Shown: positions 32,096-41,206 of the stretch, piece after piece
How positions within the stretch are numbered: position 1 is the stretch's first letter
How the letters are laid out: the number at the start of each line of letters is the position of its first letter
Assembly: GCA_036918135.1 (NCBI GenBank)
Contig: JBALDB010000028.1
Span: forward strand, 96,001 to 160,000
DNA: 64,000 bases
Direction: 5' to 3'
From: Nostoc sp.
GTDB taxonomy: Bacteria; Cyanobacteriota; Cyanobacteriia; Cyanobacteriales; Nostocaceae
The notes under the pieces: model-generated
Told to the model about the DNA's origin: nothing
Databases searched by the model: none
Seen by the model: only the letters and a program-made list of their open reading frames with translations
Translations under genes and position numbers: made by a program

Positions 32096-34300
32096 CTATT
32101 GTGAGGAGAGGCGATCGCGCAAATCTACTAAATTTTTACGACAAGTAAGAGTTTTGGGATGATTTGCGTCTAACCCTAGCTCAAAAATATCTAATGCTTG
32201 GATGTAAAGGGGTTCGGCTTGGCTGTATCTGCCTTGGGAATCGTAGAGTAAAGCTAGGTTGTTGAGGCTAAGTCCGACATCTGGATGTGATTCTCCTAGT
32301 AGTTGACGCCTGAGTGTCAAAGCTTGGATTAAAAGAGGTTCGGCTTGGCTGTATCTGTCTTGGGAATTGTAGAGTACCGCTAGGTTGTTGAGGCTTTGTG
32401 CGACATCTGGATGTGATTCTCCCAGTAGTTGACGCCTGAGTGTCAAAGCTTGGATTAAAAGAGGTTCGGCTTGGCTGTATCTGCTTTGGGAGTAGTAGAG
32501 TGCCGCTAGGTTGTTGAGGCTAAGTGCGACATCTGGATGTTCTTCTCCTAGCAGTTGATGCCTGAGTGCCAAAGCTTGGATGTAAAGGGGTTCGGCTTGG
32601 CTGTATCTGCCTTGGGAATCGTAGAGTAAAGCTAGGTTGTTGAGGCTAAGTGCGACAGATGGATGTTCTTCGCCCAGCAGTTGACGATTGAGTGCCAAAG
32701 CTTGGATATAAAGGGGTTCGGCTTGGCTGTATCTGCCTTGGGAGTTGTAGAGTAAAGCTAGGTTATTGAGGCTTTTTGCGACATCTGGATGTTCTTCTCC
32801 TAGCAGTTGACGCCTGAGTGCCAAAGCTTGGATGTAAAGGGGTTCGGCTTCGCTATATCTGCCTTGGGAGTAGTAGAGTGCCGCTAGGTTGTTGAGGCTT
32901 TGTGCGACATCTGGATGTTCTTCTCCTAGCAGTTGACGCCTGAGTGCCAAAGCTTGGATTAAAAGGGGTTCGGCTTGGCTGTATCTGCCTTGAGATTCGT
33001 AGAGTTGTGCTAGATTGTTGAGGCTTTGTGCGACATCTGGATGTTCTTCACCTAAGCGTTTTTTGATGATTTCTAAACACCGCTTAAACCAAGGTGCTGC
33101 TTTGTCATACAATCCCTGACCATAATAAAATCCAGCGTTGCCGACAAATACCCAAATTAAATCATTATCACTGACAAATTGAATCAGATGATTCGCTACT
33201 TCAGCTAAATGAGGTGTGGCAGGGGTGACATCGTTGATTTGCTCAAGTGTGGGTGACTCAGGAATATCTTTAGCAACTGCTATTATTACATTGCAAAAAC
33301 TTTGCTTTAATTCCTCTGCCTGTTCTAAACTTGTAAGCTGATATTGGAAAAACTCCCGTAACAGTGGATGTAGTTGGTAAACTCCCTCATCTTTGCGCTG
33401 GAGTAGATGCAAATTTAATAACTTATCATCCCGAATTTCCTCTAACTCTTCTTCATCTGAGTCTGGTAAACACTGTTCTACCAAATCCCAAGCTATAGGC
33501 GCGGGTGCAAATAAACTCAATAAACAGCCCAACTGCTTATCATCATCGTTTAATTCTTGCCAACTCAACTCAAAGGCTGCTAACACACCGCGTTGTGCTG
33601 TCATGTCGCCTTCTGCTTTAATAAGTGCGTGTTGTTCTAGTCGCTTTTTCTCCAACCGTCGCAACATTTCTGTTAAAGAAAGGTCTGGTTTCCGCTTGAG
33701 ATATCGCCCCACTAATTCCAAACCCAGAGGCAAATATCCCAACCACTCACACAACTGATTTGCAACAGCTAATTCTTGCTCAATTCGCTGTGGTGTTTCT
33801 TGAAAAAATGACTTTAATAACTCCAGCGCCGCTTCTGGTTGCAATACATCCAGAGATAATTGCTGAATAGATGCTCCCAAGTATTGGCGCGTGGTAATCA
33901 ACACTTTAAACCGGGAAGATGACGAGGGTAAATAAGGCTTAACCTGCTGATATTCCCCAACATCGTCTAACACTAGCAGCACATAGCCCTCACGCCAATG
34001 CCGCCAGCAGTATTGTACTTGTGTGAGGACATCTAAACCTTCTGGTGGGTTTAAATCAAGATGAGTTCTGACAAACTGCACAATTTGAATGCCCACATCA
34101 CCAGTCTTTGCCAGCAACCAGCAAATTCCACCTTTGTAAGTTTCGCGGTGATTCCTGGCATATTGTAGGGCAAGTTCTGTTTTACCAACTCCACCCATGC
34201 CAGCAACAGCAGCTATAACCACCTGTTCGTTTTCCTGCAAAAGCTGGTGGAGATTTTGCAATTCCACTTCACGTCCAACAAACTCCATCACCCCACTCAA
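32096..34300 (-). CDS. NB-ARC (STAND) ATPase with TPR repeats, NLR-like; start uncertain
   Basis: FVGRE, Walker A GMGGVGKTELA, Walker B LLVLDDV, LITTR, LGYLPL, LHPLL, then 42-aa TPR repeats. The frame stays open upstream to 34366. Confidence 0.92.
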   Translation of the reverse strand: MSGVMEFVGREVELQNLHQLLQENEQVVIAAVAGMGGVGKTELALQYARNHRETYKGGICWLLAKTGDVGIQIVQFVRTHLDLNPPEGLDVLTQVQYCWRHWREGYVLLVLDDVGEYQQVKPYLPSSSSRFKVLITTRQYLGASIQQLSLDVLQPEAALELLKSFFQETPQRIEQELAVANQLCEWLGYLPLGLELVGRYLKRKPDLSLTEMLRRLEKKRLEQHALIKAEGDMTAQRGVLAAFELSWQELNDDDKQLGCLLSLFAPAPIAWDLVEQCLPDSDEEELEEIRDDKLLNLHLLQRKDEGVYQLHPLLREFFQYQLTSLEQAEELKQSFCNVIIAVAKDIPESPTLEQINDVTPATPHLAEVANHLIQFVSDNDLIWVFVGNAGFYYGQGLYDKAAPWFKRCLEIIKKRLGEEHPDVAQSLNNLAQLYESQGRYSQAEPLLIQALALRRQLLGEEHPDVAQSLNNLAALYYSQGRYSEAEPLYIQALALRRQLLGEEHPDVAKSLNNLALLYNSQGRYSQAEPLYIQALALNRQLLGEEHPSVALSLNNLALLYDSQGRYSQAEPLYIQALALRHQLLGEEHPDVALSLNNLAALYYSQSRYSQAEPLLIQALTLRRQLLGESHPDVAQSLNNLAVLYNSQDRYSQAEPLLIQALTLRRQLLGESHPDVGLSLNNLALLYDSQGRYSQAEPLYIQALDIFELGLDANHPKTLTCRKNLVDLRDRLSSQ
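32171..33052 (-). repeat. Seven near-identical 126-bp TPR-coding tandem repeats
   Basis: GEEHPDVAxSLNNLAxLYxSQGRYSQAEPLxIQALxLxRQLL repeated seven times. Confidence 0.93.
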
Positions 34301-34366
34301 GGGTAAATTTTGTGGTATTTCGGTAGTGAGATTTGACTTTACCTGTTCTCCTCCAGGCGAATGCAG

Positions 34367-34801
34367 TCAGAAAATATTAGTACCAGTGAAAGTATTTCCT
34401 TGAAAGACGTTTTTAATAGAGTCAGCTAACTTTGTAGAATTAATGATGGTTGCTGGTTGTGAGTTGAGGTCATTTGCTAAAGCTTGGACTTTTGACGCTA
34501 CTTGAGGATCGGCGTTTGCTGCTGCTTCCACGTCCCGCACTGATTGAGCAATTTCGGTATCTGCGTCTGCTGCGGCTTTCAACTCTAGTACTGCTTTGCC
34601 ATAATCTAACGGCTGCTGTGTATTTTCTGGTGTCGCCTCTGCTAACAAGGGCAATTTATTTTTATTACGTAGCTGTGCAATTAATTTACCGCTTGCTTCT
34701 AACCCTGCTTCCCCAAGCTTTTCGCCAGTTTTTTCTAAAGCTTTAGTTAAAACTATAGTAGCGATCGCAGTTGCAACAGCCGTTAGTGTCACAGGTTCCA
34801 T
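34367..34801 (-). CDS. Small helical protein with hydrophobic N-terminal helix and C-terminal N/Q/T/G/F motif; putative NLR effector
   Basis: MEPVTLTAVATAIATIVLTKALEKTGEKLGE... ending in SIKNVFQGNTFTGTNIF; immediately upstream of and in frame with the NB-ARC gene. Confidence 0.8.
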   Translation of the reverse strand: MEPVTLTAVATAIATIVLTKALEKTGEKLGEAGLEASGKLIAQLRNKNKLPLLAEATPENTQQPLDYGKAVLELKAAADADTEIAQSVRDVEAAANADPQVASKVQALANDLNSQPATIINSTKLADSIKNVFQGNTFTGTNIF

Positions 34802-34924
34802 AATTTTATAAATAACAACCGAAATTCCACTGAAAGCTATTTTAGACTAGTCCTATCGTCATATTTCTTGATTTTGTTAATGTAGACACGATTTTTAACG
34901 TTAAGTTTATTTTCAAAAAAACTG

Positions 34925-35620
34925 ATGCAATTTAATACTCAACTGCTACCTCGAATTAATAGTAAATCCCTGAGAGAAAATGGTAAACAATATTATGTAG
35001 ATGCCAAGGGAAACCGTCTCCCTAGCGTCACCACAATACTTAATGTCACCAAACCCCAAGAAGATAGAGACAGATTATTAAATTGGAAAGCGCGCGTAGG
35101 TACAGAAGAAGCCACCCGCATATCTACAAACGCCAGTCGTCGGGGAACCCAAACACACAAACAAATTGAGCGCTATCTCCTGGGGCAAAATCCTGTTTGT
35201 CCAGAAGCTAGTCGCCCTTATTGGGAAAGTATCAAGCCAGTTTTAGAAGAAATCGACACAGTGAGACTCGTAGAAGGCTCTGTTTTTCATTATGATTTGA
35301 GCTATTCTGGCAAAGTGGATTGTATTGCCAGTTATCAAGGCATCCCTTGTATCTGTGAGTGGAAAACAGCAGACAAACCTAAAGGCTCAATTGAGCATTT
35401 ATACGAACATCCATTGCAACTTACAGCATATATTGGAGCAATTAACAACTATTATCGAGATTATGGCATTCAGCTAAATCATGCTTTGTTAGTAGTAGCA
35501 ATTCCAGAAATGCCAGCCGAGGTATTTTGGTTTGAATCAGCGATGATAAAAGATTATTGGGAGCAGTGGGAAAAAAGAGTTGCTGAGTATTGGGAACGTA
35601 AAAATGTTTGGAGTCGATGA
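34925..35620 (+). CDS. PD-(D/E)XK exonuclease (lambda-exo/MGME1-like)
   Basis: LPSVTTIL, RGTQTH, E...YSGKVDC, EWKT, QLTAY. Confidence 0.85.
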   Translation: MQFNTQLLPRINSKSLRENGKQYYVDAKGNRLPSVTTILNVTKPQEDRDRLLNWKARVGTEEATRISTNASRRGTQTHKQIERYLLGQNPVCPEASRPYWESIKPVLEEIDTVRLVEGSVFHYDLSYSGKVDCIASYQGIPCICEWKTADKPKGSIEHLYEHPLQLTAYIGAINNYYRDYGIQLNHALLVVAIPEMPAEVFWFESAMIKDYWEQWEKRVAEYWERKNVWSR

Positions 35621-35691
35621 GTAAGATTGCAGAGAATTTTTTAGCAGAGATAGAAGTTTTACGATTTAGAAGTAGAGGCAATTATTAGTGA

Positions 35692-37134
35692 TTAAAGTAA
35701 AGGAGTTAGCAATCGAGAAACTCTCACAGCTAACTTGAACCAAAAAGGTTTTTTATCGTACTCATTAAGATCCACAGCAACACAGACAGCTAAATCATCC
35801 TCTAACATTTTTTTCACACTTTGGACAAACTGAGGCTCGGTAATAAACCCCATAACTTCAAAGTTGAGAGAAAAAGAGCGACTATCTAAGTTAACAGTTC
35901 CTACCCCTGCTAAATTTTGATCAACAACTATAATTTTTTGGTGCATAAACCCATTTTTATAACGATACAGCTTGATACCGATTTTTTCCATTTCGGTGTA
36001 GTAAGAGAAGGAACATAAATAAACAAATAAATGATCGGGTCGATTTGGTAAGAGAATTCGCACATCTACACCTCGCATTGCTGCTAGTTTTAAGGCTGAC
36101 AATGTTGCCTCGTCCGGCACAAAGTATGGACTAGCAATCCAGAGGTGAGTTTGAGCTTGATTAATTAATTCCACGAAAAAAAGCTTACAAGCTGGTAGCG
36201 AATCTGCCGGCCCTGTAGGAAGAATGAATGCAGTTTGATTAGTTTCTTGATTAATTTTTACGTCCCAGTTAACTTCGAGAAGTTTTCGAGTTGCCCAGTA
36301 CCAATCTCGCACAAAAGAGTTTTGTAGGCTTTGCACAGTTGGGCCTTCGAGTATCATGTGGGTGTCGCGCCAGGGACTCAAGTGAGGATTTTTTCCTAAA
36401 TATTCGTCACCAATATTCAGTCCCCCGATAAATGCTATTTCTCCATCCACCACCAGAATTTTCCGATGATTACGAAAATTATATTGGAGCCGATTACCCT
36501 GACCTTGGGTGGTGTTAAATGCACTTACTGCAATTCCATGCTGTTCTAGAGACTCGATATAAGGGCGAGATAGTTTCTTGGAACCAATTTCATCGTAGAG
36601 AAAATAGATATTTATTCCTTGCTTGGCTTTAGCAATTAATGCTTCTTTAAACTCATTACCAGCTTGGTCATCGTTAACAGTATAGAATTGGAACAAAATA
36701 TAATTTCTTGCCAACGCAATCTTTTTCAGCATTGCTTCATAGGTTTGCTGACCATCAATCAGTAATTCAGCAGCATTCCCTGATGTAAAAGAAATTTCTG
36801 TAAAAGTCTCCGCTAATGGTTGCAACTCGGCTAGATTATCTGGTGGTGCAACCTGAAATTTAATCAGTTCACTATAAATCGGCTGAATAAGCTTGTAGTG
36901 TTCTGCATAGACTGAACGCAGTGTTTCAGCATATCCATGAAATTTAGTTCTTCCTAAAATCCAATACAACGGAATAGCTAGCCAGGGAAAGGTAATTAGA
37001 GAAATGCTCCAGGCAATTGCACCTTGGGAAGAACGCACATTCATCACTGCATGGGCTGCATGTGCAACTCCTACAACATGAACAAAAACTGTAGCTGTGC
37101 TAAAAATAGCTACAACACCACCATCTACAAGCAT
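35692..37134 (-). CDS. cls: Cardiolipin synthase
   Basis: Two HKD motifs (RNHRKILVVDG; MHQKIIVVD), WRDTH, SPYFVPD, N-terminal transmembrane helices. Confidence 0.93.
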   Translation of the reverse strand: MLVDGGVVAIFSTATVFVHVVGVAHAAHAVMNVRSSQGAIAWSISLITFPWLAIPLYWILGRTKFHGYAETLRSVYAEHYKLIQPIYSELIKFQVAPPDNLAELQPLAETFTEISFTSGNAAELLIDGQQTYEAMLKKIALARNYILFQFYTVNDDQAGNEFKEALIAKAKQGINIYFLYDEIGSKKLSRPYIESLEQHGIAVSAFNTTQGQGNRLQYNFRNHRKILVVDGEIAFIGGLNIGDEYLGKNPHLSPWRDTHMILEGPTVQSLQNSFVRDWYWATRKLLEVNWDVKINQETNQTAFILPTGPADSLPACKLFFVELINQAQTHLWIASPYFVPDEATLSALKLAAMRGVDVRILLPNRPDHLFVYLCSFSYYTEMEKIGIKLYRYKNGFMHQKIIVVDQNLAGVGTVNLDSRSFSLNFEVMGFITEPQFVQSVKKMLEDDLAVCVAVDLNEYDKKPFWFKLAVRVSRLLTPLL

Positions 37135-37135
37135 C

Positions 37136-37987
37136 TTAATTTTTTTGAGTATTGATATAAGTAAATTCTGCCATTAATGGTTTGTGATCGGATGAACAAA
37201 TTTTGTCTAGTACTTTAGCACTGGTTTTCTTGAGAGTAAGATTTCGATAAAAGATATGGTCTAAAGGAGGTGAGAATAGGAAGCGTTTAATTTTCTGCTT
37301 CTCATCAGGTGCAAAAATTACTGGCGTTAATCCCAATTGAGTTGTTACTTGATTGAGAATAACTGCTCTTTTTTGACTCCAAGTATTGAAATCTCCTGAA
37401 AATATAAGTGGGCCGCGATGCGTAGATAATGCTAGCTTTAATTCATTTAGTTGGATTTGAAATTTATTTAAATCAACAAAATTTATTAAATGACTATTTA
37501 TTGTTAGGAGAGTTGTATGTTTATCAGATAGTAGATACTCAGTAACTAAAGAAATTTTGGGAGTTCTCACAATCGGTTCGTGATGTGTAGTAGTTAAAAC
37601 TTTTTTTGCAAGGGGGCTGATTGTAGCTGCTGTAAAAATTCCGGAATAGCTTTGATGATGAATATCGACAAAGTTAGGAGCAAAATTCCAATTCATTTTC
37701 AGAGTATCTAATTGGTCTGCTTCTAATTTCAGAGAAAACTCTTGTAAAAATATCAGGTTTGGTTGGTAATACTCAATTATATTTAAAAAATCTTTTATCC
37801 AATTTTTATTATAGTTTTGTTTGGCAATATTCCAATTGAGAACCTTAATCGAACTACTATTAATTTCTGTTTGGAGAGAATGATTTTTATCAATTGTAAG
37901 TTCTTGTAAACGAAGAAATCTATAAGATGGAACAAATTTTGTCAAAAGAGTGTTTACGTGTTCTTGAATATTAGGCATCACTATCAA
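37136..37987 (-). CDS. Endonuclease/exonuclease/phosphatase (YafD-like) protein
   Basis: LNWNIAK, FLQE, NSHLINF, SGDFNTW, LDHIFYR, SDHKPL. Confidence 0.88.
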   Translation of the reverse strand: MIVMPNIQEHVNTLLTKFVPSYRFLRLQELTIDKNHSLQTEINSSSIKVLNWNIAKQNYNKNWIKDFLNIIEYYQPNLIFLQEFSLKLEADQLDTLKMNWNFAPNFVDIHHQSYSGIFTAATISPLAKKVLTTTHHEPIVRTPKISLVTEYLLSDKHTTLLTINSHLINFVDLNKFQIQLNELKLALSTHRGPLIFSGDFNTWSQKRAVILNQVTTQLGLTPVIFAPDEKQKIKRFLFSPPLDHIFYRNLTLKKTSAKVLDKICSSDHKPLMAEFTYINTQKN

Positions 37988-39198
37988 TCCATCACAGCTA
38001 ACACAGCTTTTGGCAATAACTTATCTTTAAACCAAACAATTCTCGCGGGGACATCATTTAATTTTACTCCCGCCTTTTCTAAATTAAGTCGCTCGGAAAT
38101 TGCCAAAATCAAATCATCACGTCCCGCACGCCGCACCTGAGAAAACTTCTTTTGTAAATATTCTGGACGCCAATAACCAACAATTTCTAATAAAAAGGTA
38201 CGTCCATCAGGATGGACTAAGCGAAAATCGGGAATCATCACGCTACCAGGAATTGGTATCAAATCAACTTCTCTCTCTAATGCCCAGCCACTTTTCAAAG
38301 CATCCCATTTATCAGCGAAGGATGCTTCTAGCATACTATCGTAGGGCTTTCCTGGTGGATAATGAGATACCAAACCACATTCGGAATTGAGAGTAAAACG
38401 TCCAGTTTTCCAAGTATCTGTATATGCGTCACGAGTTTGGAGAATCGAAGAAAGACTCCATTTTGTAACGTGAAGTAAAGCGGGGATGAGTTTAGCGATC
38501 GCCAACCCATATCGCGTACTAGAATTAAACAAGCTCGTCGGGCCGTCTATGGTAATTGTAAACCCGTGGTCAGCATCACCTTCAATATAAGCCATCAATT
38601 GAAACAACTTCAGATAGCGAAATAACAGCTTATATTCTCCCGGAACATTCCGATGAGCATTTAACACCAACTGACTGGCTTTATAAAAAACACCCTGCAC
38701 CTGAGATAAGTTATAGCGATTTAACAAATCTGGCGCTGTTGGTGCATCAAAAACTGTCAAAATTTTATTCTCAGATAAATCAGCATATAATCCAGTCCGA
38801 ACCTGTTCTGGTAAAACTTCCCGTTCGAGTTCTTGAGTTAATTCATCAGCAACTTTCCCCAAAGTAACTTGTGTAGATTCCCGACTAGAAACAGATTTTG
38901 CAGACAAGGAAAATACCCGTTCTCTTAACATTTGTGGTTCTAAAGGACTAACCACCTCAAAAGTACAAAAACTACTTTTGAGAATATAAGCTAATCCCCG
39001 CTTCAGTCGATAATCTGTCGAATCTCCTTCAAAATCAGTCAGTTGTCGCTCAAGCACACCTTGAGTTTTTCCCACGGCTGATTGAAAATAATTAATTAAC
39101 TCCATCGCCAACTCCGAAGTTTGATTGTCAATCTTCAGTCTCTTCGGAATAATCTCCTCTCCGTTTTGGCGATGCATCAATAACTCTGTCGGTAACAT
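37984..39198 (-). CDS. DUF790 family (Bax1-like) endonuclease
   Basis: LYADL, RYNLSQVQG, IDGPTSLF...RYG, YDSMLE, MIPDF, LEIVGYWRPEYL.KK; adjacent to the XPB-like helicase. Confidence 0.88.
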   Translation of the reverse strand: MLPTELLMHRQNGEEIIPKRLKIDNQTSELAMELINYFQSAVGKTQGVLERQLTDFEGDSTDYRLKRGLAYILKSSFCTFEVVSPLEPQMLRERVFSLSAKSVSSRESTQVTLGKVADELTQELEREVLPEQVRTGLYADLSENKILTVFDAPTAPDLLNRYNLSQVQGVFYKASQLVLNAHRNVPGEYKLLFRYLKLFQLMAYIEGDADHGFTITIDGPTSLFNSSTRYGLAIAKLIPALLHVTKWSLSSILQTRDAYTDTWKTGRFTLNSECGLVSHYPPGKPYDSMLEASFADKWDALKSGWALEREVDLIPIPGSVMIPDFRLVHPDGRTFLLEIVGYWRPEYLQKKFSQVRRAGRDDLILAISERLNLEKAGVKLNDVPARIVWFKDKLLPKAVLAVMD

Positions 39199-40747
39199 CT
39201 GCTGAATTTTGGGTTTTAGATTTTGGGCTTCGACTTCTCTGCGAGGCGCTACGCGTAGCTTGCTTCCCCGCAGGGGTATCAGTCGAACGATTTTGAATTG
39301 AATAATTAATTTCTAACTGTTCCGCCGCCTTCAAACTTTTTCCTTTCCCACTTCCATACACAACTTGTAAATTCCCTTTGTTCTCCCCGCGTCGCCTCGC
39401 CGAAGTCCCCTCTTCACTTGTATCCTCAGCCACCACCTCATATAAAATCGCCTGCTTATTCTCAATATTTCCCTTCCTTAAAACTCTCCCCAAACGCTGA
39501 GTATACTCCCTAGCCGAACCCGTTCCCGATAAAATAATTGCCACAGAAGCCGCAGGTACATCAACTCCTTCATTTAACACATGAGAAGCCACCAAAGTGT
39601 TATATGTACCTTCACGAAATTTTGTTAATATTTCATGGCGTTCTTTCACCGGAGTTTGATGAGTAATTGCCGGAATTAATAACTCTTGAGAAATGCGATA
39701 AACCGTAGTATTATCAGCAGTAAAAATCAAAATTCGTGCTGGATAATGTTCTGCCAATAAATTAGCTAAAATTCGCAACTTGCCGTCAGTACCCAAAGCA
39801 ATATCTTTCGCTTCGCGGTGCGCTAACATCGCCCTACGTCCAGCTTGGGATCTAGCACTCATTTGCACGAACATTTGCCAACCTTGTAGACTACCTAAAG
39901 AAATGCGAGATTGCTTCAAAAAGTCGTTGCGAGTTTGAATTAATTGGTTGTATCTTTCTCGTTCTTGTTGCGATAACTTGACCTTAATTTGGACAATTTC
40001 GTGTTCTGCTAACGCCTTTCCCGCCAAATCTTCAGCGCGTTTGCGATATACTTCTTGACCAATGAGAATATTTAAGTCAGCATGTTTGCCATCAGTGCGT
40101 TCTGGTGTTGCAGACAGTCCTAAGCGATAGGGTGCGATCGCATATTCAGCAATTACCCGGTTAAAATCTGTTGGTAAGTGATGACACTCATCAAAAACAA
40201 TCAAACCATATTGATTTCCTATAGCTTCCGCGTGAATTGCCGCACTATCATAAGTCGCCACGAGAATAGCTGTTTTATCCCGCGAACCACCCCCTAACAA
40301 TCCCACCTCAGCATCCGGGAAAGCCGCCTCCAAATGTGCATACCACTGATGCATTAAATCCAATGTTGGCACTACAATCAGCGTCGTGCGGGGGGTTGAC
40401 TGCATCGCCATTTGTGCCAAATAAGTCTTTCCTGCCGCCGTGGGAAGCACAACCACCCCCTGCCTACCCGCTAGTTTCCAAGCCGCTAGAGCTTCACTCT
40501 GGTGAGGATATGGTTCCATTTCCAAACTAGAAACTAAATCTAGAGGATAAAATTCCTTTGCTTCATCGAGAAAGTTGACATCTTCCGCTTGTAGTGCTTC
40601 CACGAGCGGTCGGTATCTAATCGCCGGAATGCGGAATTTTTCAACTCTATCATCCCATGTAGCATAGTCCATCCAAGCTTTGCCGCGTGGTGGTGGATGC
40701 AAAATTAGCGTGCCGCGATCGAAAGTTAATGTTGGGGTACGAGCCAT
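39128..40747 (-). CDS. XPB/Rad25-like superfamily 2 helicase
   Basis: LPTAAGKT, FDECHH, LGLSATPER, LNEGVDVP, QRLGRVLR. Confidence 0.92.
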   Translation of the reverse strand: MARTPTLTFDRGTLILHPPPRGKAWMDYATWDDRVEKFRIPAIRYRPLVEALQAEDVNFLDEAKEFYPLDLVSSLEMEPYPHQSEALAAWKLAGRQGVVVLPTAAGKTYLAQMAMQSTPRTTLIVVPTLDLMHQWYAHLEAAFPDAEVGLLGGGSRDKTAILVATYDSAAIHAEAIGNQYGLIVFDECHHLPTDFNRVIAEYAIAPYRLGLSATPERTDGKHADLNILIGQEVYRKRAEDLAGKALAEHEIVQIKVKLSQQERERYNQLIQTRNDFLKQSRISLGSLQGWQMFVQMSARSQAGRRAMLAHREAKDIALGTDGKLRILANLLAEHYPARILIFTADNTTVYRISQELLIPAITHQTPVKERHEILTKFREGTYNTLVASHVLNEGVDVPAASVAIILSGTGSAREYTQRLGRVLRKGNIENKQAILYEVVAEDTSEEGTSARRRGENKGNLQVVYGSGKGKSLKAAEQLEINYSIQNRSTDTPAGKQATRSASQRSRSPKSKTQNSADVTDRVIDASPKRRGDYSEETED

Positions 40748-41206
40748 GATTATTGGGATTTGGCAGGGGGCAGAGGAGGCAGAGGGGCAAGGTGAGAATA
40801 ATTCTTAACTCTTGTCGTCGCGATTAATCGCGTCTCTACTCCTAACTCATCAGTCAACAGGAGCCAGTGGTTTGGATGGGTTGCCAAGGAAGGAAGTCCG
40901 CACAAAAGTGGTTTCCCCAAAGAAGAACTGCCGTCGGCTTGTACCACTAACGCAAAACCCACAGAGTAGTAACTGTGGCGTTCAACACTCCCTTGATTAC
41001 TAATAACGTAAAAAGTGCATAATTCAGCTAAATAACTTTGACAAAACTCAACTAGATGCGCTCATTAGGGAACTCCAAAAAATAAATTATTCCAATTTTT
41101 GGACTCAACAGGAGTGTTTCTCCCCCCTGCTCCCTGCCCCCTGCCCTCCGCACTCCCTACTGGCAGACTAAAATTAGAATTGACGTGACGTTTTCGAGTA
41201 GCTAAA

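Noticed and set aside
34925..35620. Cas4 of a CRISPR system
   Set aside because: Lacks the C-terminal Fe-S cysteine cluster, and no cas1/cas2 or array is nearby.
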